A DNA stretch of 64,000 bases, from the IMG/VR virus record IMGVR_UViG_3300022753_000060; one strand, given 5' to 3'. The DNA is from a virus. Numbering within the stretch: position 1 is the first letter of the stretch; each line of letters opens with the position of its first letter. Positions 39,016 to 49,467 of this stretch are shown in pieces. The position numbers and the translations under genes were made by a program. The notes beneath the pieces were generated by a model. It saw only the letters and a program-made list of their open reading frames with translations. It ran no database searches and was not told the origin of the DNA.

Positions 39016-39225
39016 ATGAAACAGTTTATTAGAAATAAGACTTTTGAAACAAACTCAAGTTCTACTCATAGTTTAACTTTGGATAACCATAATAAAATAA
39101 CAGATCTACTATATGAAGCTATAAACAAAATTGAAAGTATAGATAGTATGGATGAAGTATATGCAATTCTTGGATTAATGAAACGAGCAGAACGTTTATT
39201 ACTAGATAATTTAGGAGATTATTAA
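39016..39225 (+). CDS. MKQxIR-TFETNSSSxHS family protein (short paralog 3)
   Basis: MKQFIRNKTFETNSSSTHSLTL; 69 aa. Confidence 0.5.
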   Translation: MKQFIRNKTFETNSSSTHSLTLDNHNKITDLLYEAINKIESIDSMDEVYAILGLMKRAERLLLDNLGDY

Positions 39226-39227
39226 AT

Positions 39228-40100
39228 ATGAAACAACTTATTAGAAATTCAACCTTTGAAACAAATAGCAGTTCAATGCATAGTTTAGTTATATCTAAGA
39301 AAGTTAAACCTTACTCAGTTAGTGATAAATCATTGCACTATTATGGCAATGATTTTGAACTATTTGGATGTTGTGATACTCATTCTTTTGGAAGAACACC
39401 TTTTGAAGTTTTATCTAGTCCAAAAGATAAACTAAGATATTATGTAGCACATTATGTAGGTTTCAAAAAAGAAAAAGAAAGGTTAAAAGAAGTTGAAGAT
39501 CTTGTTTATGAGCTTACAGGATGTTCTAGGGAGAAAATAAAATTATATTGTGAAGAAGAATACCCTTGGAAAAAGAAACCAGAAAAATCTTATGGATATG
39601 CTGGTATAAATGACACAGGCGAAGATGTATTTGATTATATTGAAAAGAATAATATATCTTTGAGAGAATTTATCCTTGACCCTAGGTACACTGTTATTGT
39701 AGATGGTGATGAATACCAAGAGTTTAAAAAATTATTTAAAAAAGGTATTATTGATTTAGATAATATAGATTATATATCTAGTGGTAAGCATTTTTGGATT
39801 GATGATATTAAAACATTTAGTCTATATTACATTAATAGATTTGTAAATGATGATGTTTATAATGAATTTATGGAAGAGATAGATAATTATAATAATGAAT
39901 TTATAAAATGTATTGAAATAGAAGATGAAGAGGATGTTGATATAAATCAATCAGCTATGATAACATTTGCATCAGTATTAGAATGTTTTAAGCATTTAAC
40001 TTATGGCAGAAATATACCAATCAAACTTATTCTTAAAACTCATTCACTAGATGATTTTAAACCAATATTAAAATATATAAGTTTAGAAGTTGATAATTAA
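39228..40100 (+). CDS. MKQxIR-TFETNSSSxHS family protein (paralog 4)
   Basis: MKQLIRNSTFETNSSSMHSLVI; 290 aa; intrinsic terminator (AGTTGATAATTAATTATCAACT + T-run) at 40088-40120. Confidence 0.6.
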   Translation: MKQLIRNSTFETNSSSMHSLVISKKVKPYSVSDKSLHYYGNDFELFGCCDTHSFGRTPFEVLSSPKDKLRYYVAHYVGFKKEKERLKEVEDLVYELTGCSREKIKLYCEEEYPWKKKPEKSYGYAGINDTGEDVFDYIEKNNISLREFILDPRYTVIVDGDEYQEFKKLFKKGIIDLDNIDYISSGKHFWIDDIKTFSLYYINRFVNDDVYNEFMEEIDNYNNEFIKCIEIEDEEDVDINQSAMITFASVLECFKHLTYGRNIPIKLILKTHSLDDFKPILKYISLEVDN

Positions 40101-40340
40101 TTATCAACTTTTTTATTTTTCTGTTAAAATTAGTTTACTTTTTAATCATAATCTTATATAATATTTATAATTAAAAGGAGTAGCTATGGTAGTAGTAAAA
40201 GAATCTTATAATATAAATAATGAATTAGAACTTAATATATGTTCTACTTTTCTGTATATTTTATATAAAGATAAGATAAACAAAGGTTTAGCAAATATCA
40301 CATTTGAAAATAATATTTTATATTACAGGGAGATTGTATA

Positions 40341-41510
40341 ATGAATAAAAAGTTAATATGTGTTACACCTAACAATAATAATAAGTTTTACAATATGACA
40401 GATCTCGGTGACGGTACTTTCGAAGTTGAATATGGAAGAGTTGGAGCTACAAGTGTAAAAACTTCTTACTCTATGTCTCAATGGGATAAAAAATACAATG
40501 AAAAAATAAAGAAAGGGTATGTTGATATAAGTGAATCTTTATCTCAAGACATTAAAAAAGCTTCTTTAAAGATAGATGATAAAGATGTTAAAGATTTAAT
40601 TTCATTTCTTATGAGTTGTGCAAAACAGTCTATCAAATCAAATTATGAAGTATCACTGGACTCAATTTCAGATATTCAAATAAATAAAGTCCAAGAAATA
40701 TTAGACGAGTTGAATGACTTGGATTTAACAAAATTACCTTATAATATTATAAATAACTATCTTCAAAAGGTGTATACAACTATACCAAGAAAAATGTATG
40801 ATACAAGAGCTTTTTTCTTAAAACCTAATTACACTAAACAAGAATTTATAGAATTATTACAAGAAGAACAAAATAAACTCAACACACTTAAATCACAAGT
40901 TAATTTGAATACCCAATCTAATAAAATTGAAGATATAACATTAGAAACACTTGGGTTTGATTGTAGATTAGCAACGCAAGAAGAAAGAGAATTTATAGCT
41001 GCCAATACTGATTTTAGAGTTAATAATCAAAAAATATTTAGAGTTACAAATCATGAAACTGAGAAAGTATTTAATCCAGATAATCTTAAAACAAGACTTT
41101 TATATCATGGAAGTAGAAATGAGAATTATCTAAGCATTATGCAAACAGGGTTAAAAATTAGACCTAAGGGTGTTGTCTTAACAGGTTCGATGTTTGGTAA
41201 TGGTATATATGCAGCTAATAAAGCAAGAAAAAGCATTGGTTATACATCATTAAGAGGTAGTTATTGGGCATCTGGCTCAAGTAATAAAGCTTATCTAACT
41301 ATATTTGAATTTGCTACAGGTCAAGAATGGCGAATTTTAGATAATGAAAGTTATAAATCTTGGATGGGCAGGATTACTGAAGATCAAGTTAAATCACAAA
41401 AATGTAATTCAGTATTTGCTAGAGGTGGTGCTGATTTAAGAAACGATGAATATATTGTATATAATAGTAATCAATGTACTATTAGATATATAATTGAAAT
41501 AAATAATTAA
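40341..41510 (+). CDS. PARP-like ADP-ribosyltransferase with WGR domain
   Basis: N-term DGTFEVEYGRVGATSVKTSY (WGR-like); catalytic LLYHGSRNENYLSIMQTGL...GSMFGNGIYAANKARKSIGY...DEYIVYNSNQCTIRYIIE (PARP H-Y-E signature). Confidence 0.6.
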   Translation: MNKKLICVTPNNNNKFYNMTDLGDGTFEVEYGRVGATSVKTSYSMSQWDKKYNEKIKKGYVDISESLSQDIKKASLKIDDKDVKDLISFLMSCAKQSIKSNYEVSLDSISDIQINKVQEILDELNDLDLTKLPYNIINNYLQKVYTTIPRKMYDTRAFFLKPNYTKQEFIELLQEEQNKLNTLKSQVNLNTQSNKIEDITLETLGFDCRLATQEEREFIAANTDFRVNNQKIFRVTNHETEKVFNPDNLKTRLLYHGSRNENYLSIMQTGLKIRPKGVVLTGSMFGNGIYAANKARKSIGYTSLRGSYWASGSSNKAYLTIFEFATGQEWRILDNESYKSWMGRITEDQVKSQKCNSVFARGGADLRNDEYIVYNSNQCTIRYIIEINN

Positions 41511-41524
41511 GGAGATATGATATT

Positions 41525-41989
41525 ATGTTAATAGTTTTATTTTTAATTTCTGTAGGTATACTTATATCAGGTTTGTTAGTATATAAACTAACAGATTATG
41601 GAGATGAAAATCCATATAGTTATATAGGTATTATTTTAGGCATTCTTTTATCGCTTGGTGCTTTTGTAACACTTATAGTAGGTGGGATAACTATATCAGA
41701 AAGTAGTATTATTGATGATAAAATACAAATGTACACTGAGGAGAATACAAATATCGAAACAACTATCACAGCTACAGTAGAGAAATATCTTGAGCACGAA
41801 TTAAACATATTTGATAGTTTACAAGGTGAAGACATACAAACGCTATTGGTAGTATACCCAGAAATTAATAGCAATGAGCTTGTTAAAGCACAAATAGAAG
41901 TGTTTATAGATAACAATAACAAAATAAAAGAATTAAAAGAACAAAAACTAAATATTCAAGTTTGGAAATTTTGGGTTTATTTTGGATAG
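41525..41989 (+). CDS. membrane protein
   Basis: Two N-terminal TM helices; 154 aa. Confidence 0.45.
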   Translation: MLIVLFLISVGILISGLLVYKLTDYGDENPYSYIGIILGILLSLGAFVTLIVGGITISESSIIDDKIQMYTEENTNIETTITATVEKYLEHELNIFDSLQGEDIQTLLVVYPEINSNELVKAQIEVFIDNNNKIKELKEQKLNIQVWKFWVYFG

Positions 41990-42000
41990 GAGGAGAGAAA

Positions 42001-42639
42001 ATGAGATCTATTTTAATTAGTATTAAACCTGAATGGGTTGAGAAAATATTTACCGGTAAGAAAATTCTTGAAATCAGAAAATCAATCCCAAAATGCAATC
42101 TGCCTTGTAAAGTTTATATTTATTGTACTCAATCTACTAAGTATGCTTTTTATCATATTAAAGATGAAAGATTCATGTTATATAAAGGTACTGGAAAGCA
42201 AGTAAATGGTAATTTGAGTTGCGGTACAAAATTAAATGGTAAAGTAGTTGCAGAATTTACATTGCATGATATTGAAACTATTGATAGAGATTATAATGAT
42301 TGGCTACCAAAAAGAATGTATGATATAATGCCAAGTCAATTAGAGGCATCTTGTTTAACTGAAGAGCAACTAGATAATTATGGTAAAGGTAAAACTTTAT
42401 ACGCATGGTGTATAGATGATTTGAAAATTTATAAACAACCAAAAGCGTTAAATGAATTTAAAAAAGACTTAGATTGTGATGATTATCCTTGCAATAAAAA
42501 TAGTGATTGTAAATATAACTATTATGACACAAGTGAAGGTTGTTGGGCTTGTGGGATCGACTTTGATGGTGCAAATTGTATTTATAAACAAATAAATAAA
42601 GCCCCACAAAGCTGGTGTTATGTAGAGGAGATTAAGTAA
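42001..42639 (+). CDS. ASCH/PUA-like domain protein with Cys-rich C-terminus
   Basis: RBS ataggaggagag before ATG 42001; ILISIKPEWVEKIFTGKKILEIRKS. Confidence 0.4.
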   Translation: MRSILISIKPEWVEKIFTGKKILEIRKSIPKCNLPCKVYIYCTQSTKYAFYHIKDERFMLYKGTGKQVNGNLSCGTKLNGKVVAEFTLHDIETIDRDYNDWLPKRMYDIMPSQLEASCLTEEQLDNYGKGKTLYAWCIDDLKIYKQPKALNEFKKDLDCDDYPCNKNSDCKYNYYDTSEGCWACGIDFDGANCIYKQINKAPQSWCYVEEIK

Positions 42640-42640
42640 C

Positions 42641-43375
42641 ATGTATGATTATGAAGATTATTATAGAGAACCATCAGAGATAGAAGATTTATTTAATGAG
42701 TATTCAGCAAAATTACAAACAATGTTAAAGAATGAGATTGTAAATAATGCTAAGAAATATGATGTAAATAAAGATGAAGTTAAAACTATGATGATGGTTG
42801 CGAATGGACTTAAAGAAGAGTATGAAAAGAAACTTGAAGATTTTGATAATGAAATAAGTAAAGCAGCCCAAGAACAACATAATAAATGGTTAGAGAAATT
42901 ACTCCACACTGATATTAAAGTTGGTGATACTGTTTATAAGATATATTCAAATGGGTATACTTATCTAACTTGTCCTTATTGTGAAAATGGAAAAGTTGCA
43001 GTCACTTTAGGTAATAGAATAGAATCTGTTGATTGTCCTATTTGTAAAAATTATAGACCATCTCTACCTAAATATGAGTATAAAAAAGTTAGAGTAAGAC
43101 AATTAAGTATGACTCTCACTTGTTCAGATAAGAATGAAAAAGCTACTCCTTATGTTGATAATTGGGTAGATACATCTAATTATCCTTTTAATAAATTCCA
43201 ATGTAATTGGTGCATTAGAGATGAGAATTGGGACACTTTAACATCTGATAGAACTGCAAAAACAGAAGAACAGGCAAAACTACTTATTACTCATATTAAA
43301 GAAGAAGCAATAAGTAAATTAGAAGAAAAATATGGTAAAGATAAAGTTCAAGATATGTTAAAGGAGATTGAATAA
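42641..43375 (+). CDS. zinc-finger protein
   Basis: CPYCENGK...CPICKN and CNWC motifs; 244 aa. Confidence 0.45.
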   Translation: MYDYEDYYREPSEIEDLFNEYSAKLQTMLKNEIVNNAKKYDVNKDEVKTMMMVANGLKEEYEKKLEDFDNEISKAAQEQHNKWLEKLLHTDIKVGDTVYKIYSNGYTYLTCPYCENGKVAVTLGNRIESVDCPICKNYRPSLPKYEYKKVRVRQLSMTLTCSDKNEKATPYVDNWVDTSNYPFNKFQCNWCIRDENWDTLTSDRTAKTEEQAKLLITHIKEEAISKLEEKYGKDKVQDMLKEIE

Positions 43376-44693
43376 AATGGTTTTAAAAGTATTTGAAGAA
43401 TTTGTAAATGAAATTAACTCTAGTAATTCTAGATTATATAAAGAAGCTGTGTTAGATAAATATAAAGAAAATGAATATGTAAAACAAATAGTTCATTTTA
43501 TATTCAACCCCTATATTGTCACAGGTATCTCAAAAAAGAAAATAGATAGAATTAAATCTTCATTTATAAGTAAAGAAGATATACCAGAAACTTATGATAT
43601 ATTTGACTTACTTAATTATGTTAAGTTGAATAACACTGGTTCAGATTCAACTTTAATTGAAGTCTTAAAATGTGCTATGTCTAATAAAGATTATTCTGAA
43701 CTTATATTTAAAATAGTTTCTAAAGATATTAAATTGGGTATTCAATCAACAACTATAAATAAAATTTGGGGTGATAATTTTATACCTTGCTTCGACGTGA
43801 TGTTAGCACAAAAATATTTTGACAATCCAGATAAACTTGTTCCAGAAGGGATTCAATTTATTTTGACTCCAAAGTTAGATGGTGTCAGATGTGTTTTAAT
43901 TAACGATGGTTTTTCAGGTGCAAAATTCTTTTCCAGACAAGGTCAGTTAATAGAGCAATTGATAGAACTTGAAGAAGAAGCAAAACAGTTACCTATGGGT
44001 TATGTATATGATGGTGAACTACTGTTAGATAACAAAGATAATTTAGAGAGTAAAGATTTATATAGGGCAACTGTAAAAGTTACTAGTGCAGATAAAGAAA
44101 AAACTAATCTTATATTCAATGTTTTTGACATGATTCCAATTACAGATTTTCAAAATGGTTATTGTAATGCGCCTGCATCTTTAAGAAAAGAGCAATTATT
44201 AAAACAATTTACTTTTATGAAATTACCTCATATAGTTGACGTTCCTATCTTATATTATGGTGATGATAAACAGGTTATTACTGAACAATTAGATATTATA
44301 ACAGCTGCTGGAGGTGAGGGTGTCATGATTAATATTGCAGATGCCCCTTATGAATGTAAAAGAAGCAAAGGCTTACTTAAAGTTAAGAAAATGCAAACCT
44401 GCGATGTTAAAGTTGTTGGTATGGAAGAAGGTACAGGAAAAAATAAAGGTAAACTTGGAGCATTAAAGATTGAATTTATTGGTCCTGATGGGTTTACTTA
44501 TCAAAATGATGTAGGTTCGGGTTTGACTGATGAGGATAGAGAGTATTATTGGGATAACCCAGATAAAATTTTAAATAAAATAATTGAAATACAATATTTT
44601 GAAATATCAGCCAATCAACAAGGTACTTTTGGATTAAGGTTTCCTGTATTCAAGTGGATAAGAGAAGATAAGACTGATATATCAATGTATTAA
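43368..44693 (+). CDS. ATP-dependent DNA ligase
   Basis: Motif I TPKLDGVRCV, III YVYDGELL, IV EGVMIN, V LLKVKK; 441 aa. Confidence 0.75.
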   Translation: MNKMVLKVFEEFVNEINSSNSRLYKEAVLDKYKENEYVKQIVHFIFNPYIVTGISKKKIDRIKSSFISKEDIPETYDIFDLLNYVKLNNTGSDSTLIEVLKCAMSNKDYSELIFKIVSKDIKLGIQSTTINKIWGDNFIPCFDVMLAQKYFDNPDKLVPEGIQFILTPKLDGVRCVLINDGFSGAKFFSRQGQLIEQLIELEEEAKQLPMGYVYDGELLLDNKDNLESKDLYRATVKVTSADKEKTNLIFNVFDMIPITDFQNGYCNAPASLRKEQLLKQFTFMKLPHIVDVPILYYGDDKQVITEQLDIITAAGGEGVMINIADAPYECKRSKGLLKVKKMQTCDVKVVGMEEGTGKNKGKLGALKIEFIGPDGFTYQNDVGSGLTDEDREYYWDNPDKILNKIIEIQYFEISANQQGTFGLRFPVFKWIREDKTDISMY

Positions 44694-44704
44694 AGGGGGT
44701 TATT

Positions 44705-45043
44705 ATGGAATATATTTCAAAGAAAGACTGGGAGTGGATAAGTGACCGTTTTTTAACAGGTTGGGACTTTATTTTTAGTAATGGTGTTATATCTATTAAA
44801 TGTGATAAGTTTACGAAAACTTACCCAAGAGATGGGAAATATGTAACATTAGATATTCATTACTTGCATTTACATGATTTATACATAGATGCAAGTTCTA
44901 AAGAGAATATTGAATATATTTGTAATGAACTCCATAAGTCTAATTCAAAGAAAACATATTTAAAACTTATAAAGAAAAATTTAGTTTCAAAGTATAGTTT
45001 CTTTTGTTTATATGAATTAAATCAATTGGGTTTATTGGATTAA
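44705..45043 (+). CDS. hypothetical protein
   Basis: 112-aa ORF. Confidence 0.4.
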   Translation: MEYISKKDWEWISDRFLTGWDFIFSNGVISIKCDKFTKTYPRDGKYVTLDIHYLHLHDLYIDASSKENIEYICNELHKSNSKKTYLKLIKKNLVSKYSFFCLYELNQLGLLD

Positions 45044-45072
45044 ACTGTATAATTATATAGGAGAATTTATAT

Positions 45073-45621
45073 ATGCATAAATTTACAAGAAATTATGTTT
45101 TTGGTAGAGTAGAGTATGTAATAGACCATTTAGATACCTCTAAAAGTTCTATGCATATGGATATTGACTATGAATATACTCGAATGTTGATAGAGGAAGA
45201 AAAGAATCATAGGTGCACCCAAATATGGAGTGTTATATTTCTTATAATCTCTGTAGCTTTATCAGTTTTAAATGGCGTTTGTTTAAGTGCAGAGTCATAC
45301 ACCACTTTACTTGCTAATGTTATAGCAGCAATTATAGAAACAATATTTGTTTTATTAAGTTTTGTATTGATAGTTTATGCTGGCTGTAATTTGGATGAGG
45401 ATTCCAATATACGGAAATTAGAAGATTTGTATACTATGACTGATGCAGGACTTGCTCAATTTTTGAAAGCAAAAGAAGAATATGAGTTAAAAGAAAAAGC
45501 AAAGAATGATTTAAAAGCAGATAAATTAATAACAGTATACGATACACTAGATTCTGAATTAAGTAGACAGAGAAAACTTAAAATAATATCAAGTATTATA
45601 AAAGAAATGGAGAATGAATAA
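45073..45621 (+). CDS. membrane protein
   Basis: Two TM helices; 182 aa. Confidence 0.45.
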   Translation: MHKFTRNYVFGRVEYVIDHLDTSKSSMHMDIDYEYTRMLIEEEKNHRCTQIWSVIFLIISVALSVLNGVCLSAESYTTLLANVIAAIIETIFVLLSFVLIVYAGCNLDEDSNIRKLEDLYTMTDAGLAQFLKAKEEYELKEKAKNDLKADKLITVYDTLDSELSRQRKLKIISSIIKEMENE

Positions 45622-46215
45622 ATGAAACAAACTATAAGATTAGAAACATTTGAGACTAATAGTTCAAGTTATCATAGCTTAGCCATTATTAAACAAAGTA
45701 AAGAAACTAAAAATGCAAGAGAAATAATTCCAGGACAAGATTTAGAGATAACAAGTAAAGTTTCTAGAAGGACAATGGGGTGGACAAGCTCATATCAATT
45801 TACCGCAAGAAGTACTTTTGATAAAGCACAAACCTTGTTAAGATTTATTGCATCAGAAGTAGATGATCAATGTGATGAAATAGTAAAAGAATCAGAGTAT
45901 ACTAACTATGACGAGCCTAAATATTTAGAAGATTATTATGATAGTAAAGGTTGTCATCACATAAAAACAAATCCAAAAAGATGTGATTATGAACTTAGAA
46001 GAAAACTTATGGATGAAAGATTTTATGAAGTACCTTTAATCAAAGCATTTGTGAATGCAATAAAGAAATATATCGGTGAAGATAAACAAGTAATTATTCC
46101 AGAAAAAAGAGATTTAGAGCATCTGTATGATGAAGGTAAAGGATTAGATGATTTATTAATGATTCCAAGCTACGAACTTAAAAATGTAGAATTACTCACA
46201 AAGAAATTTTATTAA
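45622..46215 (+). CDS. MKQxIR-TFETNSSSxHS family protein (paralog 5)
   Basis: MKQTIRLETFETNSSSYHSLAI; 197 aa. Confidence 0.6.
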   Translation: MKQTIRLETFETNSSSYHSLAIIKQSKETKNAREIIPGQDLEITSKVSRRTMGWTSSYQFTARSTFDKAQTLLRFIASEVDDQCDEIVKESEYTNYDEPKYLEDYYDSKGCHHIKTNPKRCDYELRRKLMDERFYEVPLIKAFVNAIKKYIGEDKQVIIPEKRDLEHLYDEGKGLDDLLMIPSYELKNVELLTKKFY

Positions 46216-46399
46216 ATAATATTTGACCCAGATTATATACTGCAAGAAGATTGTGAAAGTAATGAATAATAAAATTTAAAGTAAACTAGTTAAAATTAGT
46301 TTACTTTTTCTTTTTATTGATATATAATATTAATGTATATATAAATAAAGGAGAAAAAACTATGTTAGATGCAGCATACATAAAAATAAACATTATACA

Positions 46400-46669
46400 T
46401 TGCATAAAGATTCTTATGCTAATAATGGTTCATTAGCGGTATTTTTATCAGATAACAAGGAAATGATAGCAGTATTAACAGTAAATATAGATGCTAGTGA
46501 TTGTATAGGTGATGAAGCATGTGCTTATATAGATACTAACAATATCCCATGGGTTGAGGATTTTTTACAAGAGAATAAAATAGCTTATCCGACAGGTGAG
46601 TATGGATTTAGTGGGTTCTGTGCTTACCCTTTATATAGATTTGATTTAAGTAAACTCGAGGAGGTTTAA
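46400..46669 (+). CDS. hypothetical protein (start uncertain)
   Basis: 89-aa ORF; a strong RBS+ATG at 46362 is in a different frame with an early stop. Confidence 0.3.
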   Translation: MHKDSYANNGSLAVFLSDNKEMIAVLTVNIDASDCIGDEACAYIDTNNIPWVEDFLQENKIAYPTGEYGFSGFCAYPLYRFDLSKLEEV

Positions 46670-46673
46670 TAAT

Positions 46674-46991
46674 ATGGATAGAACATATGTAGTATGTCAA
46701 GAATGGGATTATTACGATAAACATGAAAAATGTGTGATAACATATACATCTGCTGATATTGAAGATTATGATGGTTACAATATGATAGGACATAAAGGTT
46801 TTGAAGGATGTAGTATTGACATATATCCAACATTAGAAGAAGCTATAATTAAGTCTCATTTTAATCCACAGGCTATTGATTTTCAACTAGATGAAAAAGA
46901 TTTAATAGAAGCAAAAGATATAATTTCAAGATATGATTGGAGTTATGAAAAAGGATTAATTAAAAAAGGAGATGAAGATGCAATTAACTAA
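46674..46991 (+). CDS. hypothetical acidic protein
   Basis: 105-aa ORF, RBS gaggaggt. Confidence 0.45.
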   Translation: MDRTYVVCQEWDYYDKHEKCVITYTSADIEDYDGYNMIGHKGFEGCSIDIYPTLEEAIIKSHFNPQAIDFQLDEKDLIEAKDIISRYDWSYEKGLIKKGDEDAIN

Positions 46992-47331
46992 AGAATCAAT
47001 ATTAATAGATACCCAACCAGGTTTTGCTTTTATGCTTCATTATAACTGGGAAAAAGGAGTTATCTGGTTATCTAAGAATAGTTCCAAGAGTAAAAAAGTT
47101 AGATTAACTACAAAAGATGTTTATATAAGTGAAGGTGAAAAGGATAAATTTTATAGATCTAGAACTGGATACGGTCCTGATGTCGAACTAGGTTTGCTTA
47201 AACCTTGTTCTTATATAACCAAAAAAGATAATGAAAATATATTTAATTATTGGGTAAAATTTATGTATGATAGATATATGAATCTTAAACACAAGCAAGA
47301 AGTTATAGATAAAGGAGTTTATAATGGATAA
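46972..47331 (+). CDS. hypothetical protein
   Basis: 119-aa ORF. Confidence 0.45.
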   Translation: MKMQLTKESILIDTQPGFAFMLHYNWEKGVIWLSKNSSKSKKVRLTTKDVYISEGEKDKFYRSRTGYGPDVELGLLKPCSYITKKDNENIFNYWVKFMYDRYMNLKHKQEVIDKGVYNG

Positions 47332-47414
47332 ATATTTAGATAAAGTAGAGAAGAATGGTTCTTTCAAGAAAAATTATTTTCTTGAAAAAGTAGAATTATA
47401 TGAGGAGGAAGAAA

Positions 47415-48569
47415 ATGCTTAAAACTATTCAATTTATGAAGAGTCATGAAAATTGGAGAGAGTTGCTACAAGCTGCTCCTTATAATTTATTCATAAACGA
47501 AGATGAAAATTATGTATTATTAAAATATAATCAAATAAACTCAGATTTTAATGAAGATATATGCAGAGAATGTAGAGGTCTTATTATAGACAAAAATATT
47601 TTAGAGCCAGCAGCTTTATCTTTCTATAAATTTTTTAATGTCCAAGAAAGTTTTGCTGATAAGATAGACTGGGATAGTGCAAAAGTATTAGAAAAAGTAG
47701 ATGGATCTAAGATGCTTGTGTGGTATGATGATTACTTACATAAATGGAGGGTGTCTACTTCAAGTGAATTAGATGCAAGTAATGCTCCTGTTGGAGACTT
47801 TGGAATATCTTTTAGAGATTTATTTGACAGAGCTCTCTCAAATTATACTTTTCCAAACAATTCTTCTATGTTTGAATGCTTGAATAGATTATACTGCTAT
47901 ACATTTGAATTAGTAACTCCAGAATCTAGAGTAGTTGTTCCATATAGAAAAGATGCTTTATACTTGATTGGCGTAAGATGCAAATTCGCATTTGAAGAGT
48001 TAGATCCAAATTCTCTTGAGTTGAGTAAATTTATTAAAACTCCAAAACAATTTCCTTTTCAAAATTTAAAAGAATGCTTGAATAGAGTAGAATATATGGG
48101 CTATGATGAAGAAGGATTTGTTGTAGTAGATAAATATTGGAAAAGAATTAAGATTAAATCACCTGCATACGTAGCTGCACATTATTTAAAAAATAATGGA
48201 GTTAATTCAAGAGCAAAAATTCTTTCAATTATAGAAAAGAATGAGCAATCAGAATTTTTAGGACTATTCCCAGAATATACTGATTTATTTAATGAAATAG
48301 AAACTAAATATAAAGAAATGCAAAATAAAATATATGATGCTATTGATGATATGTTATTTAAAAGTAATACTTTCCTCTATGAAAATGAAAAAGAAAAACG
48401 AAAAGAACTAGCTAATTATATTTTAACTGAACATAAAGACTTATCAGGGTTTCTATTTAAATATTTAGATATAGACCCAATAGAATATTTTATAAAGCAA
48501 GAATGGAAAGAATTATCTAAAGATAAGAAAATGAATTTATTAGGTTATAAATTAGAAAAAGAAGATTAA
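47415..48569 (+). CDS. RNA ligase (Rnl1-like)
   Basis: RBS gaggaggaag before ATG 47415; motif I LEKVDGSKMLVWY (KxDG), IV EGFVVVD, V KIKSP; ~384 aa like T4 RnlA. Confidence 0.55.
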   Translation: MLKTIQFMKSHENWRELLQAAPYNLFINEDENYVLLKYNQINSDFNEDICRECRGLIIDKNILEPAALSFYKFFNVQESFADKIDWDSAKVLEKVDGSKMLVWYDDYLHKWRVSTSSELDASNAPVGDFGISFRDLFDRALSNYTFPNNSSMFECLNRLYCYTFELVTPESRVVVPYRKDALYLIGVRCKFAFEELDPNSLELSKFIKTPKQFPFQNLKECLNRVEYMGYDEEGFVVVDKYWKRIKIKSPAYVAAHYLKNNGVNSRAKILSIIEKNEQSEFLGLFPEYTDLFNEIETKYKEMQNKIYDAIDDMLFKSNTFLYENEKEKRKELANYILTEHKDLSGFLFKYLDIDPIEYFIKQEWKELSKDKKMNLLGYKLEKED

Positions 48570-48654
48570 AAATTTTAAAGTAAACTATGAAAATTAGTTT
48601 ACTTTTTTATTATAATATTATATAATATAAATATAATTAAGTAGGAGATATAAT

Positions 48655-49083
48655 ATGTTTGAATATGCACCAGATATTAAAGTCGGAGATGTATTTACTA
48701 GAATTGATAAAAATGGTAAAGTTTGGAAAGCTGAAGTTATTAACAGAACAGAGTATTTTGTTGATGTTAAGAAAACTCAACAATACCAAATTAAAGTATG
48801 TGATGTTGAACCAATAAGACAAAGGAGATTTTATAATAGTACTTGGCATTCTAAGGATGTTGGCGGTGTGTTTCATTATGAAGATGCTGAACCTACTTCT
48901 GAAAGGGCTCAAATAAATATTGAATATGAAGAGTATGAGACAGGTGAAATAGAAGAAAGTATATGGGGTACATATAAGAAAACCGCAAAAAGACCTACTG
49001 GTAAATATTTTATAGCTATTAAAGAAGATTATAGCAAATATTCACAATATGATAAATTATATTTTATAGATAAAAGGAGTTAA
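48655..49083 (+). CDS. hypothetical protein
   Basis: 142-aa ORF; promoter motif upstream. Confidence 0.45.
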   Translation: MFEYAPDIKVGDVFTRIDKNGKVWKAEVINRTEYFVDVKKTQQYQIKVCDVEPIRQRRFYNSTWHSKDVGGVFHYEDAEPTSERAQINIEYEEYETGEIEESIWGTYKKTAKRPTGKYFIAIKEDYSKYSQYDKLYFIDKRS

Positions 49084-49084
49084 T

Positions 49085-49462
49085 ATGTTAAATAAAATTT
49101 GGAAAGTAAAAGGAAATGAGATCAACACAGTAGCAGAAGTTAAAGATGCTATATATGGTATCATTCTAGAGAATAAATTTGGATCTAGTGTTTATGATAA
49201 AGAATTAATTACCGGTTATAAATTCTCTTATTCAGATGAAGAGATATTTAATAAATTAAATGATTTAAAATTGAATTATAAAATATTTGCTTTAAAGGAA
49301 ATAAAACGACCTGCAATATTCACAGAAGAGATAGATAATATCATAAATGATATCGTAATTGAGAATAAAGATGAATTAGAAGAGTATTCGATTACTGAAA
49401 CAAATATGGATAATCTACTTAAAAAGTTAAAAGAAAAATTGGACATTAAATTAAAGGAGTAG
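49085..49462 (+). CDS. hypothetical protein
   Basis: 125-aa ORF. Confidence 0.45.
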   Translation: MLNKIWKVKGNEINTVAEVKDAIYGIILENKFGSSVYDKELITGYKFSYSDEEIFNKLNDLKLNYKIFALKEIKRPAIFTEEIDNIINDIVIENKDELEEYSITETNMDNLLKKLKEKLDIKLKE

Positions 49463-49467
49463 TAAAT

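Noticed and set aside
46362-46436. Strong RBS+ATG at 46362 giving only a 24-codon ORF in a different frame from ORF 46400-46669
   Set aside because: It could indicate a programmed frameshift or a leader peptide, but there is no slippery motif or homology to support it. Left as start-site uncertainty.
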